DNA from: Octopus sinensis
Lineage: Eukaryota
Direction: 5' to 3'
Assembly: GCF_006345805.1 (NCBI RefSeq)
Contig: NC_043022.1
Location: forward strand, 6,448,001 to 6,512,000
DNA length: 64,000 bases
The translations under genes and the position numbers were made by a program. The notes beneath the pieces are model-generated. The model did not search any database. It was given only the letters and a program-made list of their open reading frames with translations, and was not told where the DNA came from. This document shows positions 50,817 to 62,836 of this stretch, piece by piece; position 1 is the first letter of the stretch, and each line of letters starts with the position of its first letter.

Positions 50817-51262
50817 TCGCCTGGCCCCCGTGCCAGTAGCACGTAAAAGCACCATCCGTTCGTGTCCATTGCCAGCCTCGCCTGGCCCCCGTGCCGGTGG
50901 CACGTAAAAGCACCATCCGCTCATGTCCGTTGCCAGCCTCGCCTGGCCCCCGTGCCGGTAGCACGTAAAAGCACCATCCGTTCGTGTCCGTTGCCATCCT
51001 CGCCTGGCCCCCGTGCCGGTGGCACGTAAAAAACACCATCCATTCGTGGCCGTTTGCCAGCTCTGTCTGGCACCTGTGCAGGTGGCACGTAAAAAGCACC
51101 CACTACACTCACGGAGTGGTTGGCGTTAGGAAGGGCATGCAGCCGTAGAAACACTGCCAAATCTGACTGGGCCTGATGAAGCCTTCCGGCTTCACAGACC
51201 CCAGTTAAACCGTCAAACCCATGCTAGCATGGAAAACAGACGCTAAATGATGATGATGATGT
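50817..51262 (+). mobile_element. Family E element with internal ~61-bp minisatellite (about 4 units)
   Basis: ctcgcctggcccccgtgcc(a/g)gt(a/g)gcacgtaaaa repeats, followed by the standard E body and (GAT)n. Confidence 0.85.
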
Positions 51263-52092
51263 CCAGCCAAAATAATCCACCTGTTTTATATTAAAACTGG
51301 CATAATCAGGTGTCTCGCATTTACAATCATCTCATTAAAATCTCAAAGCTGCAACAGAAGATACATGATTAATTCAGAACAATGTGGAGAAATAAGGATT
51401 ACATTTGACAGAGAAATCTAAATGCTTCAAGGATCAAATCAGACACATCCAGCCCAAATATTCTGTTTCAGGTTCAAACCAGCCAGAGCTGACCCCTAAC
51501 AATGATCTGAATACTAAAAGGTTAACCTTCTTTTTCTTAAAACACGTCGACAATCGCTGTTGCCAGAATAGTAAAATCTACACCCTAACTACCTCCATAA
51601 ACTCACATGGACTCTTCCTAACCAGAAGATTTTGACTAAGTGCACTGTAACTCACTACAGTTTATATATTTCTTAATATCCCTTAATAGGTACCATAGTG
51701 AGGTACAATCTACTTGTGTCAAAGTACTGCAGTATGTACACAGACACAGGCGTTAGGAAGGGCATCCAGCTGTAGAAACTCTGCCAGATCTGACTGGGCC
51801 TGATGAAGCCTTCTGGCTTCACAGACCCCAGTTGAACCATCCAACCCATGCTAGCATGGAAAGCGGACGCTAAACGATGATGATGATGATGATGATGACA
51901 CACAGAATTATACTTTCAGTGTTGTACTTAGCCATTGAATCTTAAAGGTTTTGATCATAGTTACATCATCACCTGCGATATAAACCAACAACTGTGCAGT
52001 TAGAATGTGTATCTCAGACTGCATTTTGAACCAACAACATTACGTTTGCTGCAGTCTCTCACCTCTTGAGGGAAGTCTTCTGACAACGATGC

Positions 52093-52417
52093 TGGAAGAA
52101 AAACATCTTTTGATGGGGGAAGAATATGAGGAGAATAAGTTAGGTGAAGGGCTCAGACATCTGTTAAACCCAGCACCATCAGATGCTTTGCTAAGGGAGC
52201 CAAAACTGGGAATGTCTGTCTGACTTCCAGAAGAAAATGATGGAAAGTTTGTCTGAACAGAAAGTGGACTCCATGATGACTTCCTGACGGGGAAATTGAT
52301 TAGAGAAGCTGAGCTCTTACTCCTGTGTAGAGGATGTGTTGATGAGGAGAGGGGTTTGCAACGGAGCAATGGTGATGTGGAAAAGGATTTATAGGAACTG
52401 GCAGATGAGTTGGTTGT
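52093..52417 (-). other. Intronic duplicate of part of TMEM201 exon 56416-55842
   Basis: 323/325 identical to 56007-56331, same orientation, offset 3914 bp. Confidence 0.9.
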
Positions 52418-52967
52418 CACACATTGCGGTTGGTCACACATTGCGGCATCCCAATGAAGAACTCATCCGGAAGGCAATAGCACCAGATCCTCCCCCACGT
52501 TGGTGTAAACTGAAGGTGTGGTTCATAACAATCAAAGTGGATATGGAACTCATTTCTGGGCCCTCGAGTCTTTGGCATTTGCCTGGAACCCATCTTCAAT
52601 ATCTTTCAAGACATTAGCCTTTTAGCTTTTAAACTGGCCAGATCCAGCCCAAATATTTTATTTGTTTTATGCTCAAACCGGCCAGATCCAGCTTCACTAC
52701 AATGTCATTCTAAGAATAAAGCAATCATATTGAAATCTCAAAGCTATGAGATAATCCATGATCGATTCAAAACAATGTGAATAAATGAAGATTTCACAGA
52801 GTAATATCTGAATGCTAAAGGGACCAGATCTGGCCCCACTCGTTTCTAACACCTACCATTCCCCGCCCAGCATCTCCCCCATATATTTTCACTCCTCCCT
52901 ACATTAGCTTTTCTGGAACATTCCAGAGAACAGAAAGAAAGAGAGAGAGAAACAAACAAGTACTTAC

Positions 52968-53075
52968 CAGATGGTGAGACGTTCTTCCTATCATAGAGTA
53001 ACCTGGCAGGGGCAATGTCCCCTCGTGACAAAACAGATGAAGGACTGCGAGGCCACCTGTTGAATGAACCCATAC
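52968..53075 (-). CDS. TMEM201: TMEM201-like coding exon (108 nt, phase 1-1)
   Basis: Acceptor cctatttgctttcag, donor GTAAGT; DIAPARL resembles human LISPARL. Confidence 0.85.
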
Positions 53076-53103
53076 CTGAAAGCAAATAGGAAGTGTCAGG
53101 CAG

Positions 53104-53343
53104 AATACCTATTTCTTTATTACCCACAAGGGGCTAAACATAGAGGGGACAAACAAGGACAGACATAGGTATTAAGTCGATTACATCGACCCCAGTGCGT
53201 AACTGGTACTTTAATTTATCGACCCCGAAAGGATGAAAGGCAAAGTCGACCTCGGCGGAATTTGAACTCAGAACGTAACGGCAGACGAAATACCGCAAAG
53301 CATTTCGCCCAGCGTGCTAACGTTTCTGCCAGCTCGCCGCCTT
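53104..53343 (-). mobile_element. SINE family A monomer with Tx1-like tail
   Basis: 17-bp TSD tgtcaggcagaatacct at 53094-53110 and 53346-53362. Confidence 0.9.
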
Positions 53344-53427
53344 ATTGTCAGGCAGAATACCTCTTGGTGTTGGCTTCCGTCCCTTTTTGCTCTAAGTTTC
53401 GATAAATATCACCATTTATATTAAACA

Positions 53428-54363
53428 CTAGCAGCATAGCCCGGCGTTGCCTGGGTATGTAAGAAACTTTGTCGATAAGCAATGCCCTTTACCTTTTTTT
53501 GTACTCATTGAACCGTTATTTTGTAAAATGAAGCCTAAAAGGCATTAAGGCATTCAAGGCACCGTTCCCTTGCATGCATGAAGAAAATCTATGACAGTCA
53601 AAGTGCATTTTCTGGTTTTGTTTAGCACACCCAACCCAGTTCTGCGGGATCAGTGTCGCGACGGGAACGCATGGGCTGGGAGTTTGACCGGCAGAGGTGA
53701 TAAGTTAAACTGCTTGACAAAAGGTCGTTAGTTTGACATTTAATGCAAACTTGATGTCCAACATTGGTGTAGGGAAAATCTATGTGAACTTTCAAAAAGT
53801 ATCGCAGAAAAATCGGTTTGCTATGTGTGCCACATATGATGTAATTAACCGATTTTTTCCAGTAATAACGTATCCTATTGGAATCAAAAGGGCCATATAG
53901 CTCCTTGGAGCAGACATGATGCTCGCTGTGAATTTCAAAAAAAATTCCTGCCAATTTGTTAAAGATATTGTCGAAAATATGTCATCCTGAATTTGAACGC
54001 GATTTCCCAAAATGGCATGATTTTATCGATTTTTTCTCATGGTAAGGTATTGCATGAAAAACTAACGTCAGAATTAAGTTCCTTAGGGTAACATTAAGCT
54101 TCACCATGAGTTTGGTGAAAATCGATGGCAAATTGCGAAAACTACAACGGAAAATGTGTTGCATATGATAAGCTTAGATTCTCAACCCCATGTCGAATTT
54201 ATCGATTTTTTTCAGAACTGGGGGAACTTTTCAAAATTTTCGCTGCGTTAGTTTTGAATTATGACATTGGGCTATGTGTGTGTCAAGTTTCATCAGAATC
54301 AGTTGAAAGCCGTGGTCAGTGTGAGGGTACAACCTGACAAACTGCCTTTTATATATAGAGAGA
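53428..54363 (-). mobile_element. Long Helitron variant with ~700-bp unrelated interior
   Basis: 3' terminus like the 43923-44371 copy, 5' ~190 bp like 27557; interior unique in the window. Confidence 0.75.
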
Positions 54364-54762
54364 AGATTACTGATCTTACTTTGGACAAAAGTAAAATATT
54401 GACCAGGCAAAATACTGGGAGGTGGGGTTTAAATGATAACTGTTAAGGGGATACCCCAGCATGGCCGCATTCAAATAAAAAAAAACAATAAAATAATACT
54501 ATTAAATAATCTACTCCTAATTAAAAAGAAGAAACAACTATGTGTGGTAGCATGCTTAATGAGGTTGTCAGGGTGACCCTTTGAAGACCAACTGGTCTGA
54601 GGCTAATCCCCCCCCCCCCCCGTCTTATGATAAAATCCTTTCATTTTAAAGTGACCTAAATTAAAACCTTCAATCAAAATCTCAGATTAATTTACGATCC
54701 AAATACTAATTTAATAACGACAAAATTATTTTTCTAAATTCTTCATTGTTTTTAAAAGTAAA

Positions 54763-55087
54763 CTAGCAGTATCGCCCGGCGTTGCTCGGGTTTGTAAGGC
54801 AAATAACTATATAAGCATTTTTAGAGAGTTATAGCCAAAAAATGGAAAAAAAATTGTTGAGTTGCGTCCCCTAGACAGTCTGTGGTTTGTGTTTCTGATT
54901 CTCTACCCCATGTCGAATTTATCGATTTTTTTCAGAACTGGGGGAACTTTTCAAAATGTTCGCTGCGTTAGTTTTGAATTATGACATTGGGCTATGTGTG
55001 TGTCAAGTTTCATCAGAATCGGTTGAAAGCCGTGGTCAGAGTGAGGGTACAACCTGACAGACAAACTGCCTTTTATATATAGAGAGA
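54763..55087 (-). mobile_element. Non-autonomous Helitron nested in a piggyBac-type MITE
   Basis: Helitron termini at an AT site; host remnant ends aaagggttaa near 55137 and resembles 36376-36596. Confidence 0.75.
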
Positions 55088-55841
55088 TGAATCCAAAACA
55101 GCAAATTTCAACAGAAATACGGTAATAAAAGGGTTAATGCACCTTATGAGTTTATGGGACTAAAACTGTTAACGAGGCTGTGAGATTAAGTAGACAACAA
55201 TGCCACAGTATGGAGAAGGTACAACCCTGAAACCAAATACACTTTGACCCTGCGGTATTTATTCCACCTCCTGTTCTGAGTTCAGATCCCATGATGCTAC
55301 TGTTAGCTTTCATTTTTCTGGGGTTAATAAGGAACTACACCGAGATAGGGGACAGGCAGAACCATTAGAGCAGGGAATGAGGTGCCTTGTGGTATTTATT
55401 TTGACTTCAAATCCTACCATGGCCTACCTAGATTATCTAGTTTAACACCAAAACAGGGTCCTGGAGTCACTTTAACAACAGAGGCCACTTTGTGGCTAAT
55501 ATTTGGGATGAAGTCACCAGTCTGAGAATATCTTCTGCCCCATTCTAACCAGTCTTAGAGGCATCACAACATAAGATAGAGAGTGTTTAGTGTTGCAGGG
55601 AACAAAGTAACCCCACTGGTGCTGGTGATATGATAAAAAGCACCCAGTATAGTCTGTAAAGTGGTTAATGCTAGGAAGGGCATGCGACCATGGAAAGCAT
55701 AACAAGCATGGTATGGTGATCCAAGCTAAGAGGATATAAACTCCAAATAAGAACTGTTTTGATCTGTGGAAACCCAACCGGTAGAGAAAGCAGGCATAAA
55801 ATGATGCACAGACACAGATACAGAAAAGGAAAATAACTTAC

Positions 55842-56416
55842 TAGATTTAGAGGTATTAAAGGATCGTCCAAGGTTAATGCTGTCCATCTTCAGACCAAGG
55901 ATTTTATCTGATATACTGTTGTGTTGGTCATCTGAAAGTGACTGATAATGGGACAATGGAGAAGGAGAAGAGAGGTTGGAAGAATTGAACTGATTCAGTG
56001 ATCCGTTGGAAGAAAAACATCTTTTGATGGGGGAAGAATATGAGGAGAATAAGTTAGGCGAAGGACTCAGACATCTGTTAAACCCAGCACCATCAGATGC
56101 TTTGCTAAGGGAGCCAAAACTGGGAATGTCTGTCTGACTTCCAGAAGAAAATGATGGAAAGTTTGTCTGAACAGAAAGTGGACTCCATGATGACTTCCTG
56201 ACGGGGAAATTGATTAGAGAAGCTGAGCTCTTACTCCTGTGTAGAGGATGTGTTGATGAGGAGAGGGGTTTGCAACGGAGCAATGGTGATGTGGAAAAGG
56301 ATTTATAGGAACTGGCAGATGAGTTGGTTGTATGGTAGCTCTTTGTGGACCCTGGTTTTGGGGAACTGCATGAAGAATCATCGAGTGATGTCTGTGATGC
56401 AAAACTGTCAGAATAA
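55842..56416 (-). CDS. TMEM201: TMEM201-like coding exon (575 nt, Ser-rich nucleoplasmic region, phase 2-1)
   Basis: Acceptor ctcttttcttgtatattttcag, donor GTAAGT, open frame, phases match both neighbours. Confidence 0.85.
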
Positions 56417-57211
56417 CTGAAAATATACAAGAAAAGAGAAATATCCATTTAGCTGCATGTGTATGAGAGTATGTGTCTGTATAAATACGTGTGTGTGTGC
56501 ATATATATATATATATATATATTGCGAAGACATGTTGGGGCAAGTGAAATCGGAATCGAAATTGAACCAATCCTATGACTGGCACCCGGCAGATGCCAGG
56601 ACCTCTGGACTGGAGATATGTAAAAAGCACTATCCGAATCGTGGCCGATGCCAGCGCCGCCTCGACTGGCTTCCGTGTCGGTGGCACGTAAAAGGCACCA
56701 TCCGAATCGTGGCCGAAGCCAGTGCCGCCTCGACTGGCTTCCGTGCAGGTGGCACGTAAAATGCACCAATCCGACCGTGGCCAATGCCAGCCTCGCCTGG
56801 CACCAGTGCAGGTGGCACGTAAAAAGCACCCACTACACTCACGGAGTGGTTGGCGTTAGGAAGGGCATCCAGCTGTAGAAACATTGCCAGATAAGACCGG
56901 AGCCTGGTGCAGCCTTCTGGCTTCCCAGATCCCCAGTCGAACCGTCCAACCCATGCTAGCATGGAGAAAGGACGTTAAACGATGATGATGATATATATAC
57001 ACACACGTACATACATACTTTGTGGGTTAACAAGGTAACCATTGGTTTCACATGAAGAGGTCTTCACAATTATCCAAGCATACAACTTGGAAGTGTTGGT
57101 ACTCATCTCCATTTTGGATGAGAATACTTTAACCCACAAATAAAGAATATTTATCCACTAATGCAATGTTGAACACTCACTCTCACTGTTTGACATTACA
57201 CACACACACAC

Positions 57212-57693
57212 ATCTATATATATAAAACTCAACTTGTGTGTCCGTGTGTGTATCTGTGTGTGTGTCTGTGTGTTTAACTTCCCGGCACATCTCCTCCTAG
57301 CCAACAAATCGTAGAACCACTAAAAATGGGTCACTTAAAGTTTAGGCGAATGAGAATTGAACTGCGCTATTTCTTTTCCGAAATTCATCTCGCAAGTGCA
57401 AAATTCGATAATGTGTTTGTTTAGGCCTTAACCCATACATTGAATAGTGAACTTTACTCAGTCAGCTGTTTGACGTGAACTGTGTTCACCACACGTGCAA
57501 GCATGCGTAAATTGCATGAAAAATAAAAAATCAAGATATAAAAACGAATCGCCGTAAACATTGTAGAAATTCGGCAAAGAAATGAATTTTCAGGATGTAG
57601 CGTGGAAGGTTTTTCGTATTAATCGTTTGGACATTGTGAACACACACCAATTGTTTTCATAACATTTTTAACGCTTTGAATTAAATGTGACCA
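57212..57693 (+). mobile_element. Probable Helitron-like 5' portion truncated by a SINE
   Basis: A|TCTATATATATAAAA start followed by tgtc/tgtg microsatellite; no 3' CTAG seen. Confidence 0.4.
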
Positions 57694-57826
57694 AATCCAC
57701 TCACAAGGCATTAGTCGGCCCGAGGCTATAGCAGAAGACACTTGCCCAAGATGCCACGCAGTGGGACTGAACCCGGAACCATGTGGTTGGTTAGCAAGCT
57801 ACTTATCACACAGCCACTCCTGCGCC

Positions 57827-57893
<67 letters not shown>

Positions 57894-58060
57894 AAAGTAT
57901 AGAAGCCATCTTAACATGGCTAACCACATGGGGGAGGGGGTGTTACTGTAGCTGTATAGCCCCAGGAGATCGTCGTCTCCAGCTGGCTTTAGACACCATT
58001 TCAGTTGCCTTGAAGTATTTGCAAAGGGAGGCCATCCCTTCCTCGCAAGCCTGAGTGATA

Positions 58061-58103
58061 CGCTCGAACTAGTTTCGGGATTTTTGTCCCTTGTCAACGG
58101 GCG
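58061..58103 (-). ncRNA. Minimal hammerhead motif with U3-A8 core variant (HHR4)
   Basis: cgcccg-UUGACAA (58097-58091)-ggga/caaaaa/tccc-GAAA (58076-58073)-C-UA-GUU-cgagcg; stem I 5 of 6 bp; palindromic ACUAGU stem III. Confidence 0.55.
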
Positions 58104-58732
58104 GTAACCACCAGGTCGCGATGAAAGAGAAGGCCGCCTTGCAAATATATAAGAGTTTTTCTAGTGGACATCTGTAGTGTGTGTGTGTCTGTGTGTGGGG
58201 AGGGGATATAATAAGTAAAATTGATAATGTAAGAAAATGGAGAGTTAATGATGTAGAGTTAATTGATTTGCATCATTTATTTGTTGTTAAGTTTTAATTA
58301 CAAATAATTTTTTTAAAAAAACAATATTTGTGTTTATATCTTTGAAACAGACTATGATGCAATTAAATTAACTCTCCATTATTAATTTTACCTATTATAA
58401 TCCAAAACACAATGTAGAAATTTTCTTCTAATGTAATGGGGATTAAACCAATGAAATTTTGGATTTACTAATCCCTAATAAAGATAAGATATCCTTGAAT
58501 TGACTCTCTTTCTCTTTCTTTCTCTTTTACTTGTTTCAGTCATTTGACTGCGGCCATGCTGGAGCACCGCCTTTAGTCGAGCAAATCGACCCCGGGACTT
58601 ATTCTTTGTAAGCCCAGTACTTATTCTATCGGTCTCTTTTGCCGAACCGCTAAGTGACGGAGACGTAAACACACCAGCATCGGTTGTCAAGCAATGCTAG
58701 GGGGACACACATACATATATATATATATATAT

Positions 58733-58775
<43 letters not shown>

Positions 58776-59006
58776 GACAGGCTTCTTTCAGTTTCCGTCT
58801 ACCAAATCCACTCACAAGGCTTTGGTCGGCCCGGGGCTATAGCAGAAGACACTTGCCCAAGATGCCACGCAGTGGGACTGAACCCGGAACCATGTGGTTG
58901 GTTAGCAAGCTACTTACCACACAGCCACTCCTGCTGTATATAGATATAGATATATGGTCTGTGGTGTATGTGAGCAGAGATTCATTTGAAATGGAAACAA
59001 ACTTAC

Positions 59007-59201
59007 TCTAATTCTTCTCGGCTTTGGTAATTCACTCTGGTCCAAACCAGACAAAGACAGGTAGAAACGGTGTTGACAGTATGACAGAGACAGTGCAGGC
59101 CGAGAGCAAGAGGGGAGGCAGGTCTGTCGTGGAGGAACATCAAGCCCACCACGTTGAGCAGGAGCCAAAAGAGGGCATCGACCACGTCACCAGCATACAG
59201 C
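59007..59201 (-). CDS. TMEM201: TMEM201-like coding exon (195 nt, phase 2-2, TM segments)
   Basis: Acceptor ttttggtttgcttcag, donor GTAAGT; RLYAGDVVDALFWLLL resembles human RLRRIDAFCTCLWALLL. Confidence 0.85.
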
Positions 59202-59289
59202 CTGAAGCAAACCAAAACAAGAAATTGAATACAGGTAGAAATGGATAAGCGAACACTTGCTGCAAATTAGTGGTATGCATCCATGTATA

Positions 59290-59890
59290 TAATGCATATA
59301 TGTATATAATGTATATATATGTATATAATGTATATATGTATATAATGTATATAATGTATATATGTATATATATAATGTATATAATGTATATAATGCATAT
59401 ATGTATATAATGTATATAATGCATATATGTATATAATGTATATATGTATATATATAATGTATATAATGTATATAATGCATATATGTATATAATGCATATA
59501 TGTATATAATGTATATATATGTATATAATGTATATATATGTATATAATGTATATATGTATATATATAATGTATATATGTATATATATAATGTATATAATG
59601 TATATAATGCATATATGTATATAATGCATATATGTATATAATGCATATATGTATATAATGTATATATATGTATATAATGTATATATATATGTATATAATG
59701 TATATATGTATATATATAATGTATATATGTATATTTATAATGTATATAATGCATATATGTATATAATACATATATGTATATAATGTATATATAATGTATA
59801 TAATGTATATATGCATATATGTATATAATGCATATATGTATATAATGTATATATATGTATATATGTATATAATGTATATATATAATGCAA
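59290..59890. repeat. Higher-order AT-rich minisatellite (atgtatata/atgcatat units)
   Basis: About 600 bp; source of the YI-rich pseudo-ORFs. Confidence 0.95.
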
Positions 59891-60899
59891 CACACACACA
59901 TATGGCAACACATACGTCGACATACACATATATATGGCAACAAACACACATGTATGGTGATAAACACACACGCATAAATATGGTCACACACACATTTATT
60001 AACGAAGGGAGCATTAAATCTGTCAGCAAGAAAATTCTGTGTTGAAGAAAAAACATTTTTAGTTAATGAACCAGCTTAGAAGTCACCCTATCGAGTGGCT
60101 TTTAACCTAGCTCTTGTGGTGGAGGGCTCTTCATAGGGCCTTGGGCCCAACAATGACACTTCATGCATTGAGTACATACTCTTTTTCTTTTACTTGTTTC
60201 AGTCATTTGACTGTGGCCATGCTGGAGCACCGCCTTTAGTCGAGCAAATCGACCCCGGGACTTATTCTTTGTAAGCCCAGTACTTATTCTATCGGTCTCT
60301 TTTGCCGAACCGCTAAGTGACGGGGACGTAAACACACCAGCATCGGTTGTCAAGCAATGCTAGGGGGACAAACACAGACACACAAACATATACACACACA
60401 CCTACACATATATACATATATACGACAGGCTTCTTTCAGTTTCCGTCTACCAAATCCACTCACAAGGCATTGGTCGGCCCAGGGCTATAGCAGAAGACAC
60501 TTGCCCAAGATGCCACGCAGTGGGACTGAACCCGGAACCATGTGGCTGGTTAGCAAGCTACTTACCACACAGCCACTCCATATTAAACTTGATTGATATT
60601 TTTCAAGCAAAGAACAATTTTCATCAAAACAACAATATAATTTGTCAACTTGGAACTTATTGCAAAGCAGCAGGATAAACAACAGTACCACCACCATCGC
60701 CACCACATCTGCCATACACACACCATTCAGACTTCTGACGCCACCACCATCAATACCTTTGACTTCACTGCAATCCCCCCTGCCTTTCACATCATTTACC
60801 TTCACCAGTATCCCTGACCGCCGTGGCTACCACCACCACCACCACCACCATCATCACTGCCACCTCCACTTCTATCACAACTACAGCTCATAATATCAC

Positions 60900-61262
60900 C
60901 CCGCCGCCGTGGTGATCTCATTCTCGCCCACAACATCATAAGCGGGAAGTGTAACCTCTCGAAAGAGCTGTTCTTCACCCCTGCTCCGGAGCGTCGGCTG
61001 CGGGGTCATTCCGAAAAGCTCTACCTGCGACGATTTCATCTCAATCGAAGGAGAGGAGCTTTCTCCGTCCGGGTTGCGGATCCGTGGAACAAGCTGCCAG
61101 ACGAGATGGTGAAGATGCCGACGACCGCTTTGTTCAAAGCCTCCCTGGACCTCAAGTGGCCTGAACTCTTTACATGAACACCACCCTGTACTTAACTCCA
61201 TGTCCCCCTACATGGCCTTGCTATTTGCTTTTGAGCCAAATTAACTAACTAACTAACTAACA
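60900..61262 (+). mobile_element. CR1-type LINE 3' end with (AACT)n tail
   Basis: Uninterrupted RRRGDLILAHNII...RLRGHSEKL...AFSVRVADPWNKLP...*, followed by a tandem tail. Confidence 0.85.
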
Positions 61263-61775
61263 AAAAGGCAGTGTGTGTGTGTGTAAAAGAATTGTGTTCA
61301 GTCCTTCTTTTATCATTCCCACTGCCATCATCAACACTACTACTTATAATAAAAACATCAACTCTCCCTAAATTTCTTTGTCTCTCTTTGTCTATCTTTG
61401 CCACTACCCTCACCATCTCTATGCCTCCTACTATTACTCTCACCCCAGCATGAGCAACAGAAATATCAATGAACAGTGAGGAAGGGGGGGGGGATCCGAA
61501 GTGTGACACACTGACACACAGAAATTAGTTTTTGGATTTATTATATTAGATAATACTGTTTTAATAACTTCAATAATTAGAGACAACTGCAAACATATTT
61601 CTCTCTTATGACCCCTCATCAACAAAGCACAGATTTCATTGTGGTTGCTGAAGTAGTAATGACAAAACCATGAAGTGAAATATCTAAGAACTGACAACCA
61701 TCAACAAGAATCAATGTTAGCTTGGAAGGATTTCACATCAGGCAATGATTACGGGCAAGGCATGAACATCATTAA

Positions 61776-62084
61776 CCCCTTACCCAACAATTATTTTGAA
61801 AATAAATGTATTTTTTCAGACATATTTTTTAATTGTTTTATTTTACTATGTTTTGAATGGTGATTTCGAGGTATATTTCAAACCTTATTTATTATGAATT
61901 TTAATTCAATAATATTGATTTTAAATTACCGCTTTGGGCAGAAACGAGTTAACCCGTTTTTAGACGAAGGAACTCGTTTTCTGTCGATTTTGGCGAGTCT
62001 ATCTTTTGACGAGTTAACTCGCCAGAGATAGAAAAAAAACGATTTCGGTCAAAACGAATATATTCGTTTCTGCCGGGTAAGGGG
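61776..62084. mobile_element. piggyBac-type MITE
   Basis: TTAA|CCCCTTACCC...GGGTAAGGGG|TTAA. Confidence 0.75.
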
Positions 62085-62140
62085 TTAAAGCTTCAATCCT
62101 AATCAAAGAGAGACTGGAAAAGTGGAACGAGATGACTTAC

Positions 62141-62385
62141 CTGACTCGTCCGAGAAATAAAAACTTTGATGCCAGGCAGAAGAAGAGACCAGAAATAGCA
62201 ATGGAACAAACGTTTCTGCTGAGCAGCTGACACAGATGAACCGACCAAATGGGCAACATCATTGTTGTGAAGAAGTTCAAAGAGATTTGGAAGATGTATG
62301 CAATAAGGAGGATGATAGCAGAGACAAAACTGAACATTTGTAGGAGGGACGGCAGCTGGGCTTGAACACACGACAACTTGGATGA
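62141..62385 (-). CDS. TMEM201: TMEM201-like coding exon (245 nt, phase 0-2, TM segments); upstream exons outside window
   Basis: Acceptor ttgttttaatttcag, donor GTAAGT; SIAISGLFFCLASKFLFLGRVR resembles human GVVALGLLTCLLAMLLAGRIR. Confidence 0.85.
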
Positions 62386-62585
62386 CTGAAATTAAAACAA
62401 CACAATGGAAAGGATTAGTGAAATTTTCATTTCAATATAAACACAGCAAAACCTCGGTCAAAGAATGTCTCTCATCATCAACAAATCAGTTTACAAAGGA
62501 TTTTTCTAATCTAAAACATGTCAGGTGACAAACGGTGTCTTGAATAATGAACATGCAAGCTGGCATGGACGGTTGGCAACAAGCT

Positions 62586-62672
62586 GAGAGTCTCAGCCGA
62601 AGAGAGTCTCAGCCAAAGAGAGTCTCAGCCGAAGAGAGTCTCAGCCAAAGAGAGTCTCAGCCGAAGAGAGTC
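62586..62672. repeat. 16-bp tandem repeat, about 5.4 units
   Basis: gagagtctcagcc(g/a)aa with strictly alternating g/a. Confidence 0.9.
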
Positions 62673-62836
62673 AGTCGCCATCCAGCTTTCACTCAGTGCA
62701 CAGCTCTGATTGAATTAGCTGAGCATTCTCTTGAATTTCCTGTGAGGAAAATAGTTTACAGACATTTTTGGAGATGAATAGCCTTCAGGAAAGAAATTAG
62801 ATTCATAAACAAAGATTCCACTATATAGTGTGTATA

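Noticed and set aside
50817-51110. Possible CRISPR-like array (also the 9444-9863 and 11229-11650 repeats)
   Set aside because: Units are contiguous with no unique spacers, the context is eukaryotic, and there are no cas genes.
59140-60056. 283- and 289-aa Tyr/Ile-rich ORFs
   Set aside because: Translations of an AT-rich minisatellite.
62640-62745. Acceptor-like tattttcctcacag as a further TMEM201 exon
   Set aside because: All three frames hit stops within about 17 codons and show no resemblance to the expected upstream TMEM201 sequence.
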